From positions 1,054,001 to 1,118,000 of the forward strand of contig OZ193909.1 of assembly GCA_964276515.1 (NCBI GenBank): 64,000 nt of DNA. The letters are read 5' to 3'. Position numbers and translations under genes: made by a program. The notes beneath the pieces are model-generated. The model made no database searches. It was not told where the DNA came from and saw only the letters and a program-made list of their open reading frames with translations. This document shows, piece after piece, positions 27,493-40,754 of this stretch. This stretch comes from Gordius albopunctatus. Its lineage: Eukaryota. How positions within the stretch are numbered: position 1 is the stretch's first letter; each line of letters begins with the position of its first letter.

Positions 27493-30400
27493 ACACTACC
27501 AACGACGGTCCCAAGTCCGTGTGAAAAAAGTGGAGGGTTGGCGTCAGGTCGGAAGCCGGCTGTAAAAAGCAACTCCAAACACCATGGCAGCTTCAAATAC
27601 GAACTTATACCAGAATGCTAGGGCGTCCTCCCCAAACGACGCGCATTGCATCATCCGCCCGTGCAATGTGAAAAGTATACAAGGGTCACCGCCTCACTCA
27701 CAACGAAGGCGGTTAAGGAACCTAGTTGTCGAACGGACAAGAGTGGCTAGCTGGAATGTGGGCACGCTGACGGGGAAGAGCATCGAGGTTGCGCAGATGC
27801 TAAAAAGGCGAAGGATATACAAGAAACGCGGTGGCATGGAACAAAAGCTAAGGAGCTAGGAGATGGTTACAAGCTATACTACTCGGGTTCCCCATCACGG
27901 AAGAACGTGGTCGGTATAGTGCTTAGCGATTCATTTAAGGACAAGGTAGTCGAAGTCAAACGATGCTCAGATAGATTGATGTGCATAAAGCTGGCGGATC
28001 AAGGCGGCCTTGTCAATGTTATTTGTGCGTATTCGCCCCAGGTTGGATGTTCCGAAAACGAGAAGGACGAATTCTATGAGAAGCTCGAAGAAGAAATACG
28101 CTACGTGAAGCCTGACGAGAATCTCATCATCGGAGCAGACTTTAATGGGCACGTTGGGAAAGAAAGGGGCGTGTACGAACGAAATCACGGCGGGCATGGC
28201 TATGGAGTGAAAAATAAAGAGGGAGAGAAGTTACTACAGATGGCGCAAGCTTACGATATGACCATTGTGAATACCTTCTTTCAGAAGCGTACCGAACATT
28301 TAGCGACGTTCAGTAGTGGAAATCACCTTACACAGGTCGACTACATATTAGTGAAGCGCAAAATTTGTGGCAAGTTAAAGATTGCAAGGTTATACCGGGG
28401 GAAGAAATCGCCAAACAACATCGGCCAGTTGTCCTCGAAATAGCAAGAAAGATTTTTCCCGTAAGGAGAAAAGTCTACACCCAAGGACAAAGTACGAAAA
28501 GCTTAAGGATGATCGTGCAAATGAAATGTTTCACGCTCGAGCATCTCCGCTCTTGAAGGTTGCAGGCTTGGATGGCGACATTAACAAAAGGTGGGGTACC
28601 GTTGCAAATGTTCTAAAGGAAACGGCCTTTCAAATATTGGGACGAACTAAGGGCGGCAGAGCTCAAAAGCGTGAACTATGGTGGTGGAATGACTCGGTCA
28701 AAGAGGTTATAGAAGAAAATAAGGCGTTGTACCTACGATGGTACAAAACGAAGAAAGGAGAAGACTACGAGGCATATCGTGAAGCGAAACGCAAAGCTAA
28801 GATAGCGGTCGCGATAGCGAAGAACGAGGCTTACACCGAGATGGCAAACAAGCTCGATACCAAGGGCGGCGACATAGTCATGTATAAACTCGCAAAGATC
28901 AGGGAGAAAAAAAGTCGAGATGTCGGGACACTTAAAGTCATTAAAAGCGAAGAGGGACGAACGTTGTGCAAACCGAAGGAAGTCATCAAAAAATGGAAAG
29001 ATTATTTCCAAAATATGATGAACAAAACGAATGATAGAAGACCGCTAGAGAGGGTGGAACCGAACTCGAACTTGGTTTTACCATTTCAGGCTTATGAAAT
29101 AGGAGCACAACTAACGAAGATGCGGAAAGGGAAAGCGCTAGGTCCCGATGATCTACCAATCGAAGCTTGGCTTGGGTGCAAAGGAGAAGGAATCGACATA
29201 ATGACAGGCCTATTTAACGCTATGCTGTATGAGATTCGTATCCCTGACCAATGGAGGGAAAGTACGATCATACCCATATACAAAGGTAAAGGAGACGCGC
29301 AGGAATGTGGCAACTTTAGAGGTATCAAGTTGACCTGCCACTCACTAAAACTACTAGAAAGGGTGCTAGTGAAAAGGCTCAATGACGAAGTTTGTCTCTC
29401 GCCCAATCAGTTTGGATTTGTGGCCGGTAAATCAACGATGGACCCAATCTTTGCGTTGAAGCAGACGATGGAAAAATATGGCGACATAAGAAAGAAATTA
29501 CACATGGTCTTCATCGATTTAGAAAAGGCCTACGATACGGTTCCGAGAGACTTAATATGGTGGTCCCTTAGAGCCAGAAATATACCCGAAGGATATGTTC
29601 GACTTATCAAGGAAATGTATAATGGCGCGGTTGCATCTGTTAGGACTACCGTAGGAGTAACGAAACCCTTCCGAATAATGATCGGACTACATCAAGGATC
29701 AGCGTTAAGCCCATTCTTGTTTAATCTAATTATGGATACAATAACAAAGGACTTGCATAAGCCAGCCCCTTGGACTATGCTATATGCCGACGATATTGTC
29801 CTATGCGATGAAACAAGAGAAGGATTTTTTCATCAGGCGAAAAAATGGTCAGAACGTTTCTCGGAATTCGGGTTAAAGGTCAGCGAGAAGAAAACGGTTT
29901 ACATGCAAACGATGGGCGGTAGTCCGCAAATGCACAAAATTGACGGTCCAAGGTACACGGAGGTTGATAAGTTCACATATCTTGGCTCGCTATTACATCA
30001 AGAGGGAGAATGTACCGCCGAAGTCCATTCTCGGATCAAGAAAGCATGGCTCAAGTGGCGCAGCATCTCCGGTGTCATGTGTGACAAAAAGATACCAATT
30101 TGGTTGAAAAGCAAGGCGTACAAAACCATCGTGCGACCGGTCTTGCTTTACGGGAGCGAAACATGGGCTGTAACCACCGCGGAGGAGAAACTCTTGCAAG
30201 TCACGGAAATGAGAATGGTGCGATGGAGCTTAGGCTACACCAAGCTGGATCGCATGACGAAGGAATCCTTGATGACAAAGATGGGTATACAAGCGACGAA
30301 GGACTTCTTAAGAGAAAATCGACTGCGGTGGTACGGCCATGTATTACGAAGAGACGAAGACGATGTCACACGCCGAACGCTGGAGATGGACGTGCCTGGA

Positions 30401-30566
30401 AGAAGAGAAAGGGGCAGACCACGTGCCACCTGGAAACGACTGGTCGAAAAGGATATGGACGTCAAACAGATGGAAATTGGGATGGCATTCACACGACTCA
30501 GATGGAAGCGGCTGCTGAAAACGTACCCCACGTCTGTGGGATTTTCAACACGATAAAGAAGAGAAG
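27493..30566 (+). mobile_element. Full-length RTE-clade LINE
   Basis: Perfect 18-bp TSD AATTATTGGCATATTGAA (27475-27492, 30567-30584), short 5' UTR, APE endonuclease + RT, GAA-rich 3' tail. Confidence 0.95.
27584..30556 (+). pseudogene. RTE ORF (APE endonuclease + reverse transcriptase), frameshifted
   Basis: SWNVGTL, QETRW, GADFNGHVG, TQVDYIL, GPDDLP, FIDLEKAYD, QGSALSP, YADD; split over ORFs 27584-27859, 27907-28443, 28365-28556, 28382-30556. Confidence 0.9.
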
Positions 30567-31169
30567 AATTATTGGCATATTGAATGAAACAAATATAGCA
30601 ATATTTTATTATCCCTGACAAAATCTAATTTCCTATATTATATAAAAGTCGAATGATTTTTCCAAATGAAACTTTTCATCTTTAATTTTAATCCTAATAG
30701 GTCGAAAAAGCGTTGTATTTGCTACTTCCAAAATATTTGGCCAGAGTTTCTTTAAAATATTGTTATCACTGGGAAAACGCTCTAGGTCACAATATTTTAA
30801 TATATTAATTGCTAATGCTTTTAGGTACAAACAAACATGTTAGAACGTTTACAAATCATATAACCGTAAAATATTAATTAAATGCAGCCGATGTATTTAC
30901 GCAGTCATTTTTAATTAACCTTCACAAAATATGTAATTCTCTTGATAAAAATAATAAATGATTAAAAAAGTTTGAAGTATACATATTTTGTAAATAATCT
31001 TACAATAAACAAAATTATACTCCCCTTTTGGGTTAGCCCGTTTAAGTCCCTACCCTATGAATAAACTTCTTAAAGAATAAAATTAGTCAATATGTGATCT
31101 TAGAACTTACTTTTTTTAAACACAAAAACAATAATTTATCAATAGAATTTAAATTATCATATTCCATAG

Positions 31170-32510
31170 CTTTAAGGTTGGGGATTAGTTACAGCAGAGA
31201 ATTGCCTTACCGTTGTGGACGAATATGCTAGGCACCCTCTACACTGCCTAGCAAACAAATATAAATATGTTAGGCATAGGGCTGCATCGATACCAAATTT
31301 TTAACCGATACCTATACTACCGATATTTAAATAAATATACCGATACAGATATTTTACATCTTACAAAGCTTTATTTGAAATATTCCAAATTTTTTTTCCA
31401 TAAATAGTAATTTTTCGATAGTCTCAGGTAGAAGAGATCTTCTATGTGGATTAGCGATATCACCAGTTATACTAAAAATAGATTCAGAAGGGATAGATGT
31501 GGCGGGTGGCGACAGATATTTTATGCCCGTGTTGCTAATATTGGGGAATCGGAACTATTATTGCCCAATATTCTAATGGGTTTACAATCTTGCCACCTCT
31601 TAAAACTTTTTTATTGCAGTTATCAATTGTACAGGCTGAAATTTGTGCTGAGTTCTCATAAATTATAAAATAATTCCAAATTAATGACTTGCTTTTAGAT
31701 TTAGACCTAAATACATTATATTATAAATTGCAAATACGAACTAACTTACATGTGGCGGTAGAAATTTGAATGAATGAATCAATGAAAAAATAAATTAGAT
31801 TTAAGAGCAATTAAGTAAAATTTAATTTAAAAAGTACATAGATATACAGCTCTAACAAATAAAATATTTGTAAAAAAAGTTTCAAGTATCGGTATCAGTA
31901 CGATTAATAACCGATACCGATATCGTTAAAAAATCATGGTATCGGTACCGATATCTGTGCAGCCCTAGTTAGGCACACTAAAGTTAATTTATTAATTAAA
32001 GCTGCCCTAAAAAAGGCCAAAATCCCCTCAATCCTTGAGCCGTCAGATCCCTCTCTTGAAGGTAGGATGCGCCCTGACGGCTCTTCTCTAGTCCCCTGGG
32101 AAAATGGCCTATCCCTCAAATGGGATTTTACTTGTATTGACCTTTTTGCCCCTTCCCATTTTAATTACGACCCTATCGCTACAGCAGAAGGACGTAAAAC
32201 TACAAAGTATTCTGCCCTTTTGGCATCCAATATTTTTATCCCTGTCGGTGCCTCGTGCTCCGGTTTCTTTGGCAAACAGGCAATGGGGTTTTTTAAAGAA
32301 ATCGGAAAACGCACCCCGAAATCTAAAATTTCTGCGTCCTTCTTACTAAGGCAACAACTAGAGATAGTTATTGCCCGATACAACTTTAAATTCTTTGCCG
32401 ACTCATGGCCCATTTTAGAAGAGAATGATATAGATCTTTGTATTTAATCAATATGTCTTTATTTTTGTATTTCGTCCATTTATGTAACTTTGTTTCGTGA
32501 AAAAAAAAAC
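31170..32510 (+). mobile_element. CRE-like retrotransposon 3' end (Zn finger + restriction-like endonuclease)
   Basis: CLTVVDEYARHPLHC...YVRH joins across the hAT insertion to TKVN...EPSDPSLEGRMRPDG...WDFTC...AEGRKTTKY...FIPVG; A-run near 32500. Confidence 0.75.
31277..31967 (-). mobile_element. Internally deleted hAT transposon
   Basis: TIR TAGGGCTGCA, perfect 8-bp TSD GTTAGGCA, CCGATA subterminal repeats. Minus strand ~31385-31520 reads YLSPPATSIPSESIFSITGDIANPHRRSLLPETIEKLLFMEKNL (hAT C-terminal dimerisation domain). Confidence 0.92.
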
Positions 32511-33074
32511 TTTTTAATTTATGGAAATTTTTTTGAATTTAAAGAAAAAAAAAGAAAGGCATAGAAATTTATTATTGTAAAAATAAGTAATAGTTTAGCG
32601 ATAGCAACGAGTGATAAGGGAATAATAAAGGCGAATTGGGGGAGCTTTGTTAAACCAAATATGATTTGTTAAAAAAATTAAAAGATATTAGAATGAAATT
32701 TAACACTTGCGTGCATTGTGTCAATTTAGGCATGACGCTTTTGTATCATGTATAGAGGGCACATGTGAATTACGAACATTGAAAGGGCTACATAAATATA
32801 GCTATTTCAATCCTTTCCATGAACGTAGCTAGGGATAGGGACTTGATGGAAATAGAGTGATTCGGGCAAAAATTATAGAAATAAATAGGGGACGGATGGC
32901 GAAATGGAGTTTCTTGACTCTTTTAGCATTTTCATATACAATCAAATAAAAAAATAACAAAACAATACATTATCTAAAAAATTTTATTTACCCGAATTGC
33001 CCGAATCCTATCATCGTGCCCGCCCAAAAATAAAACTTTAGGAAAGTTTCCCTGCAGCCCGGTTGGCAATCCTG

Positions 33075-33390
33075 TATCTGATTCGGAGGTTATGAGTAAA
33101 GTAAGATTGTAGCGTTCACGTTTCTAAGGTTAATCAAGTCATGTAAATAAACTGGGCGGAAACCGAGGCCTGCTGCAGAGTCGATGGGAAAAGAATTGAT
33201 GACTTCCCGGATGTCGGTAGTGACGAGTTAGGAGACGGTAGAAACTTTAGAATTATTAACATCTCGGTATTTAGGTAGAAGATATTGGGTTAAAATTGTT
33301 ATTTCCCGTGGGACTAAAGAAGCTCCGTCGGGACGCATTCTACCTTCTAGAGAAGGATCAGATGGTTCAAGGATCGAGGAAATGCCCACT
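33075..33390 (-). mobile_element. CRE-like relic, piece 1 (early RT, preceded by an endonuclease fragment)
   Basis: DIREVINSFPIDSAAGLGFRPVYLHDLIN; upstream GISSILEPSDPSLEGRMRPDGASLVP matches 32020-32100. Confidence 0.65.
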
Positions 33391-34310
33391 CAATTAAAGA
33401 CAATGGATTTAAAGGGTTTATCATTTGATGGTGAATAAACCGATATTGTGGGTGATGAGCCCACGTATCTATTTCCTTATTGCAATTTTTGCAGGGATTC
33501 TTCAGTAACTTTTTGCATACGAAACTTTTGGATTTGAAAGTAAAAGTTCTGAGTATTTACTTGGGGTTCATTTAGAGATCTGCAAAATCCATTTTTCTAA
33601 GATCCAGCCCGGGTCAGGTCAGCATGGAATAATAAATCTAAAAGTTTTAAAAACAATATTAATAAAACTCATTTTCGGTAAAGTCTTTTATAAACATTCA
33701 TGAATGTTTTAAAAAGTTATAGACGGCTATACCTATCGGTTCAAAACACAAATGAGAGTGTCTTAGTTTATTTACCAAGTTAATCCGCATATAATTCGTT
33801 TTGAATCCATTTGGCTATAAGAAGTAGATTTCTTTTTTGATCCATTTAATACAAAATTGGTGGTGGATGAAAAATAGAGCAAAAAGAATGAATGAATGTT
33901 TATCAAAATTATTTACTTTTATTTAATAAATTTTATAATGTGGTATATTGTTTTAACAGACTAAAAAATTACTTGCTTTTCACCTATGCCGGGTAAGGCC
34001 CGGCCCTGCTTCGGATATTCTCGGGCCGGACCCGGGCTTTGTTGCGCCCTTGCAAATGCATAGTATCACAACTTAAAAGTGGGTAAGCGATGGAGCGTGA
34101 TACAATCCTGGCATCTCACGTTGTGTGTCCGACTCTGGCAAGCAGGTATTGTAGTTAACAGGGTCTGCTATTTAATAAAATCTTGGGCTCGGGTCGGGCC
34201 TGATGGGTAGCCCGACCTCGAATTTACCATACCAACAAGCTAACCAGTTATAAAATGTGACTTGAATGAACGCACCTCGAGATGAAACATAAAACTTTAT
34301 ATGGCATACA

Positions 34311-34800
34311 TGATATAACTTTCAAACTCCACTTTCTCCCCTCTTCATAATGATTTCATCAAAGAAGTAATTAATTTTATCTATTATTATATCTTGACTT
34401 TATTTGGTATTAACGCGAATAAACAATGTCGATATCATATGATAATGTAATTATATATATGTTAATTGGGACAAGGGTATGTATATAATACGAACCGAAG
34501 TTTTCAAACAACATTAAAATACGATATTCAAATATATAACATATCTCCTCCCTTTCTTTTTGGCTTTTAATTATATTTCCTCGATAAGTATTGAAAGTGG
34601 GTTAGGCTTAACTGACGCTGGTACACTTGCACCAGCTCTTGTGTATCTAAGAACATCTTCTTTAGTTGGTCGATATGCTTCCGCAATAGCCTTCCATCCG
34701 CTTCCACTGAGTAGGACAACGGTTCCGTTCTTGTTGCAATGAAACCCTCATGCCAACCTTGACTCGATTTCTTTCTCACTCCTCCAGGTTGCTCCGGAAG
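34311..34800 (-). mobile_element. Gypsy 3' remnant: integrase C-terminus, PPT and 3' LTR
   Basis: WHEGFIATRTEPLSYSV...RKHIDQLK; purine tract AAAGAAAGGGAGGAG followed by TGTTATAT...GTTATATCA (34541-34311). Confidence 0.65.
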
Positions 34801-35498
34801 TCTATTGAATTATTTTTTTGCGTTTTTAAAATCCTTGACGCTATTTATAGGTTAAAGTAGCAAAATAGTTTGAACCCCTAAATAAACAAAGGCGAAGGTC
34901 GTCGGTTTCGTTATCAAGGGTTGAACTGTTTAACCTAAATCTATTTAATATATTTATATAAAAAGTATTTTCAAACCATTGGCATTACTAAAAAAACCTT
35001 AGTTTAGCTGATAGTCCCAATGAAGATCTCTCGGCTGGTCCGGCGACATTGTTAATAATGCAATATAAATGGCTTAGCCAGAATATAGATTAAAGGGAAG
35101 AGGGAAATTGGATGTTTTTAGACAACAAGTTAAGAGGGATTTTCTTAAATTTAGCGTCTTTTGCAAGAGGGGTGGGGGGTACGTGAATGCCCAGCTGACT
35201 TAAGTCTTAAAACAAATCAATTATTAAAATTTGTGGAACTTTTTTGGCAAATAAAAGAGCTAAACTGCTATTAAATATCAAGAGGTTTATTAATCGCATT
35301 TTATATTTCAATATTTAATAACTCAACATTATATTATTCCATAAAATTAACAATTTCTTTCATTCTCCATTTGATTGTTGTTCAATTTAAGTATTAATAA
35401 GCTAATAATTTAGTCAATTAATGAAAACGCCTAAAAAATTAAACGTCTCAACCTTGGTATTATTAATCCAGCAGAATTTTAAAATTATATAACATTAG

Positions 35499-36175
35499 AA
35501 TGATCCTGAAAACCCGCTGTTTGCCCAAAGAAAAACTTTTTACATAGAAAGGGGCAAAAGCCTATTCATTAAATGTCCCAGGTATTTATTTTAAAAATCA
35601 TACCAAAATTCACTCTTTTTGAAATACTTTGTTTTTCCCAGAAAACATGGCGGAACCGATTTTCGATGGCAAAATGGAACGGAAGTTATAAATCCTTCGA
35701 TTTTAAAAAAAGTTACGGAAGGAAGAATGTTTATCGATAAAAACAACACAATACATTTTCGAAAACTCCGACTAACGGATTCTAACATATGGAGGTTAGA
35801 AGAATTGAATTCTTTTAATATCTCAATTTGAGTTTTGTGTGTTTTTATATAAATTATCGGGGAACATTAGCTTAAAGCTAGAATTTTGACGACCATATTA
35901 TTAGATTTTTAACCATTTATAAACACTTGGGGAGCTTTGCATTTCTTTTTATAAACTCACTTTATATTCACGTAATACAAAAATTTTATGATAGTTGTTG
36001 GAAAGGCAAAAAATTATTGTCGACAGCGCGACTGGTAATAACACCGAGCACCAATGACGACAAAAGCAGCCTGATATTTGCCCTCCTCATCCCATCCCTA
36101 CTAATATTCTTTCTATTGTTATTTACGTGCAAGATAATAATCAAAACCAAAACGGGACCTGGAACCAAAAAATAA
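35499..36175 (+). CDS. 3' exons of a single-pass Ig-domain membrane protein (possibly FAM187-like)
   Basis: Exons 35499-35581, 35642-35794, 35995-36175 splice in phase: GKSLFIKCPRKHGGTDFRWQNG...LRLTDSNIWSCW...ARLVI, a TM segment LIFALLIPSLLIFFLLLF, then a basic tail. 5' exons not found. Confidence 0.7.
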
Positions 36176-36622
36176 ATACAAGCACTTTTCCTATATTTAT
36201 AATTTAAAGGTAGGATAAAGGTTTTTATCCAAGGACGTAAAGAAATTGCAATTGGATATTTTAATTGTTATTGGTCGTAAATAACTAACAATAACGTAAA
36301 ACATTATAAATTTGTACTTTCGAATGATTCATATATCAAACGCAAAAAGAATCGAATGTCATAACACCTTTGAATAGCGTAGATTGGACCAGAGATTGTT
36401 GTATTAGGATAGAAGAAAAACAAACGCTTTAATGTAAAAGATAAACTTAGATTAAAACAAGGTTGAAGACAAAGGATTAAAGTGCAGTGAATGTTAGTCG
36501 TTGTATAGATTATTTCAATCAAAATAATAAATATGTGTAAATGTTAGTTTGTCAGACAAACATTTAGACATAATTTATGATTTCGACGTGAATATCATAA
36601 CGACGGAGAACGTTATAAATTT

Positions 36623-37753
36623 TCAAGCCCGTTCCTTATGATTATTTTTCCCTCCCTTTCCACTTCCGTTTTCATGATCAATAGCAGCTTTTTGAGCAAT
36701 TTTTTCAGCATCAGCTGCCTCCTTAGCAGCTACAGCTTGTTGTTCGTAATAATTTGGGGAATGATGAGCGATTTGTGGTTCACGCTGGTTTTTTGCGCTA
36801 TTCATTATGTTAGTAACGACCTTGCGTACATTTCCGCTAGGGTCAGTTCTATGATTTTCGTGAATCTCACCTTTAGTTCTTCCCTTTCCACCTATAATAA
36901 TGTGGTAATACATTATTAAAATTTCAAGGTAAGACATTTTGGCATCGAGAAATTTTGGATTTCGAAAAATGGTAACTTAAAAAATCTGTCATATTATGAA
37001 TTAGACTTTAGAATAAACTTATTTCAGAATAGGAAAAAATAAAATTAACAATCTTAAATGGTATAATTATTTGTATTAATTATATGGGAATCGAAATGCC
37101 TGCATAAAATTCTTTTAAAAATCCAATTAATATATATGCTGCTTAATACATATTTATAAGATAACTTAAAATCAACAATCTAAATCCCTTAAATAATTTA
37201 AATTGTATAATGCTTTTATTCATAACATAAAATAGTATGTGCATTGGGATGAGTTGATAAAGATTGTACAAAATTAGACGGTAATATAAAATTTAAACAT
37301 TTTTTGACTCAAAAAAATTAAAAGTGAATTATATGAAATTTACCCTGTGCATTTCCCCTTATCATTAAAAAAATTAATTGATTGCCCATTTTACTTTAAG
37401 ATAAAAATATACAAATAGGTTAACCTATAAATACAACATCTATTTTTTTTGCTCAAAAGTATTACTAATGCACATTTCAATTTTATATGTTAAATACTAA
37501 TTTTTAATGTAGTATAAAACTAATTAGTAATAACCTAAGTTATACCTTTATGATTTAAAAATTTGTCTTGCTCAAAGTCAAGTTCATCGTATTGATCCTC
37601 ATACAAAGCAGTTTCTTCTGAATTCATTGTTAAACCATCTGGAAACTCTTGCCTAACTGCAACATTCAAAGGTAGAGCATCTTTTTCAGCCAATAGCTTA
37701 GGTTCATCACCACTCACTTCTTGAGGCCCATTTTGATTAGGTTGATCATCCAT
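36623..37753 (-). CDS. NUPR1: Nuclear protein 1 (p8)-like, 2 exons, 158 aa
   Basis: Exons 37753-37546 and 36891-36623: DQYDELDFEQDKFLNHKGGKGRTKGEIHENHRTDPSGNVRKVVTNIMNS matches the p8 core as remembered (GKGRTK...PSGH.RK..T). Confidence 0.75.
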
Positions 37754-38553
37754 TAAAAAAAGATCTTTATATTCAATATTATAAAGATTAGATGAGTAAT
37801 TAGTTATATATAAATTGAATAAAAATGATCTAAGTATATTTTAGCATTTCTTAAACATAAGATTTCAAATATAATGCAAAAATTTAATTCATTCAGATAT
37901 CAAGTATGTATAAACCCTTCTTATAACATTTTAAAATGGTTCAAAAATACAAGAAAATATGCTTTTCTTTATATATATGCATCTACTTGATTTAGGGAGT
38001 AAATTGCAAATTTGGCAGATGTTTAGCGCGATTCTAAGTAACACGAATTATAAGTACCAAGGAAAATAAAAATAAGCACTAACCAATGATGTGCCTTATC
38101 TCCTCAAACCTCCTCAATCATATATTAAATGTAATGCTTGAAATACTGTTAATCCAAGGTAGAGTTTTATTCTCATATTTTTATTTTTTTTTATATAAAA
38201 AGGGACTTTTTAGGGCTCATATAGATAAAGTTTAAATTGCGATTAATTACATATAGCTGCATCCCTCTATTTGTATTTTATCAGCAAAGTTTAAAGATTT
38301 TTTAGGCCTTGAGGATATTTTAAGCACAAATAATTTTATAAAATTAGAAATAATCAATCCATTATATAAACATAGAGGGGGGTTATTAATGGTCTCGTTG
38401 GATTGATAAAAAAAAGGTGGGAAGAATGGAGCTCCTATATTTCGGTCCGCTACTAACCATTATCAAGTAAAAGTTAACATATAGTTGTATTTATGATATA
38501 AAATGCGAAATATAGACTTTATAGATATATTATATTAATAATGTAACCGGAAT

Positions 38554-38584
<31 letters not shown>

Positions 38585-39405
38585 TAAAAATGTGGAAAAC
38601 GATCGCTGATCACTTGGTGGCTTTATAAAAAATTAAGCTAACTATTTAAATGTTTAAGATATAAGAAAGTAAATTTACTGTAAGGCTATTATGCATATTA
38701 AAACAAAAGAGCATACAATTTGTCATATCTATTAAACAGCAGGGGATTAACTTTCTACCGAAGATGAAGCCAAGAATTTCCAAAAATAATTGACATCTGC
38801 AAGTTAAAATACTCCTAACTGCTTAGCAAACCAAATATTTATCGCACTTTTTAAAATTTGTGATAAAATATATAATGATCTACCCAGAAAGTAAACAATA
38901 TAGATTAGGATTGGTTTCAAAAGGCAGATATCTTTTTTTGATTAATTTAATAAATGCTTTCTTTTTGTGATCCTAGTAATAACACATTATTTATTATTTA
39001 ATTTCAAGGTGTCACCATTTTTTATATTTCCAAAAATTGATAACTAAAGGCTTTATAGATTTCGAGTCCAAGTTGAAGAATATTTTCGAGCTTCACATTT
39101 ATTTATTTATTTAAAATTTATGGATCCGCGAAATAAGTTTATTAAGTTCTCTTTTCTGAGGGGTTACATTTTCGGGGAATATATATATTTTCTGTAAGCG
39201 AAAAGCGAAAATAATAAAAATGTGTAGTAATCAAAATCACTAAATCATGGTAATTAAAATCGACAAGGCCGGGTAATTAAAATATCTATTTTTATCATCG
39301 CGATACTACAAATATGAATCATCATAAACGAAACGCGTACAAGTATGCGTGAGGGGGGGGGAATAAAAGGGGTAATAAAAAAACGTTAAGTACACTACAA
39401 ACACC

Positions 39406-39608
39406 TAGAGTTGTTAAATTGCTAACTTTCTTCAAACTCTAGACGCGAGCACGCACACTGAGTTGCTTAATATGCACGTTAGCAGAATATGCGCTCTCTG
39501 TTCGGTGAACTAGGTAGAACATTAGCATATAAAAATGCTCGAGGACCGAGCAGAAACTCGAGCAGATGGTAGCTGGAGTTGAAGAAAGTTAGCAATTTAA
39601 CAACTCTA
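39406..39608. mobile_element. hAT-type MITE
   Basis: 30-bp TIR TAGAGTTGTTAAATTGCTAACTTTCTTCAA; perfect 8-bp TSD CAAACACC. Confidence 0.9.
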
Positions 39609-39815
39609 CAAACACCACACCATTTAAATTCAATTATTTTTTGCAGCCTTTTATATTAATTTAAACCCTAATCTGTTAATAATTCCCACGTTTTTTCGCT
39701 CTTTTATTTCCATTAAAAGTATATATATTGAACAATTTGGGAGTAAGGTATGCATAACTATCACATTATATTTACAAGAATAAATTATTTACAATTTTTA
39801 ATATTGTCGTTTTTG

Positions 39816-40276
39816 CTATTGGTATACGTTGTTTGATCTAGAACAGCTGATTAAAGGGCAACATTCAGGGTATGATTCTTTTAGATTCGTCACCAAGTCA
39901 CAGTCCCCTGCATACACGGCTCCGCAACTATAAATGAAAGAAAGCAAAGATTAATTAATGGACCTAAAAATAGTTACCCTTGGCATTCAAGCAAGTATGT
40001 GGTTATATTTTGGCCCTCTCTCTGTCTATAACAAGTGCATGATTCACAAATAGAACGACTTGGTCGAAATGTGATAGACTCATTCATAGGTTTGACCGTA
40101 ATACCATGTACGACGCAACCTTAAAAATAATTTATTTATCAAAAAAAGTCTTTAAAAAATATATCATTAAATATTTTACCTGTATTAGAGAATCGGTCAT
40201 GATAGATATAACTGTATGTAGAGGCAAACAAAGCGATAATTGGCAATAAAGATACTATAGTAGCTTTTACTTTCAT
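39816..40276 (-). CDS. Small secreted Cys-rich protein, VWC/SVWC-like (paralog 1)
   Basis: Exons 40276-40180, 40119-39978, 39927-39816: signal peptide MKVKATIVSLLPIIALFAS, then GC...ICESCTC...LLECQGCG...GDC...YPECCPLISC (10 Cys). Confidence 0.8.
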
Positions 40277-40754
40277 TTCAAATTTCGACGAAAAAAACTG
40301 TAATACTTAAATGAATTATGGAATTATTTTGCAAAGGAGACGTATGAAAAATTTTGTGGCATGGTATAGGTGGCTGTAAAATAGTGAGAAGCTAGTTAAT
40401 TTAGCATATTAATTGCTTTTATTTTAATTAACATGAAACAATTGTGAGAGTCCAAAGTTAATGAATATTGTTAATCATTTAATCTTATTACAAATTTTAA
40501 TTACTTGTACTTTAAATGAATATAATTCTTAAAATTTTAAGCCATTCAGCAACACTATGAAAGTAAATAGTGGTGCATATATAATTGAATTTTGCGTATT
40601 TTTTCAATTAATTTCATCGTATTCTTTTGCCATTTGTTAGCTGCGTGAGTTAATAGTAGTCTATTAATCTGTAATTTTGCGTGAATTACCTGCCAAGATC
40701 TATCCCAATCTCATGATATCACAAACAAAACATCCTAATCAAGCACCAACAAGT

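Larger units (their letters stand above)
27276..33074. mobile_element. Probable hAT-like element hosting nested RTE, CRE and hAT insertions
   Basis: GCCCG subterminal repeat clusters at ~27290-27425 and ~32990-33062, right end GGTTGGCAATCCTG; separates CRE pieces 2 and 1. Left TIR and TSD not clear. Confidence 0.45.

Noticed and set aside
27967..30621. Antisense and alternate-frame ORFs inside the RTE
   Set aside because: Shadow frames of the LINE ORF.
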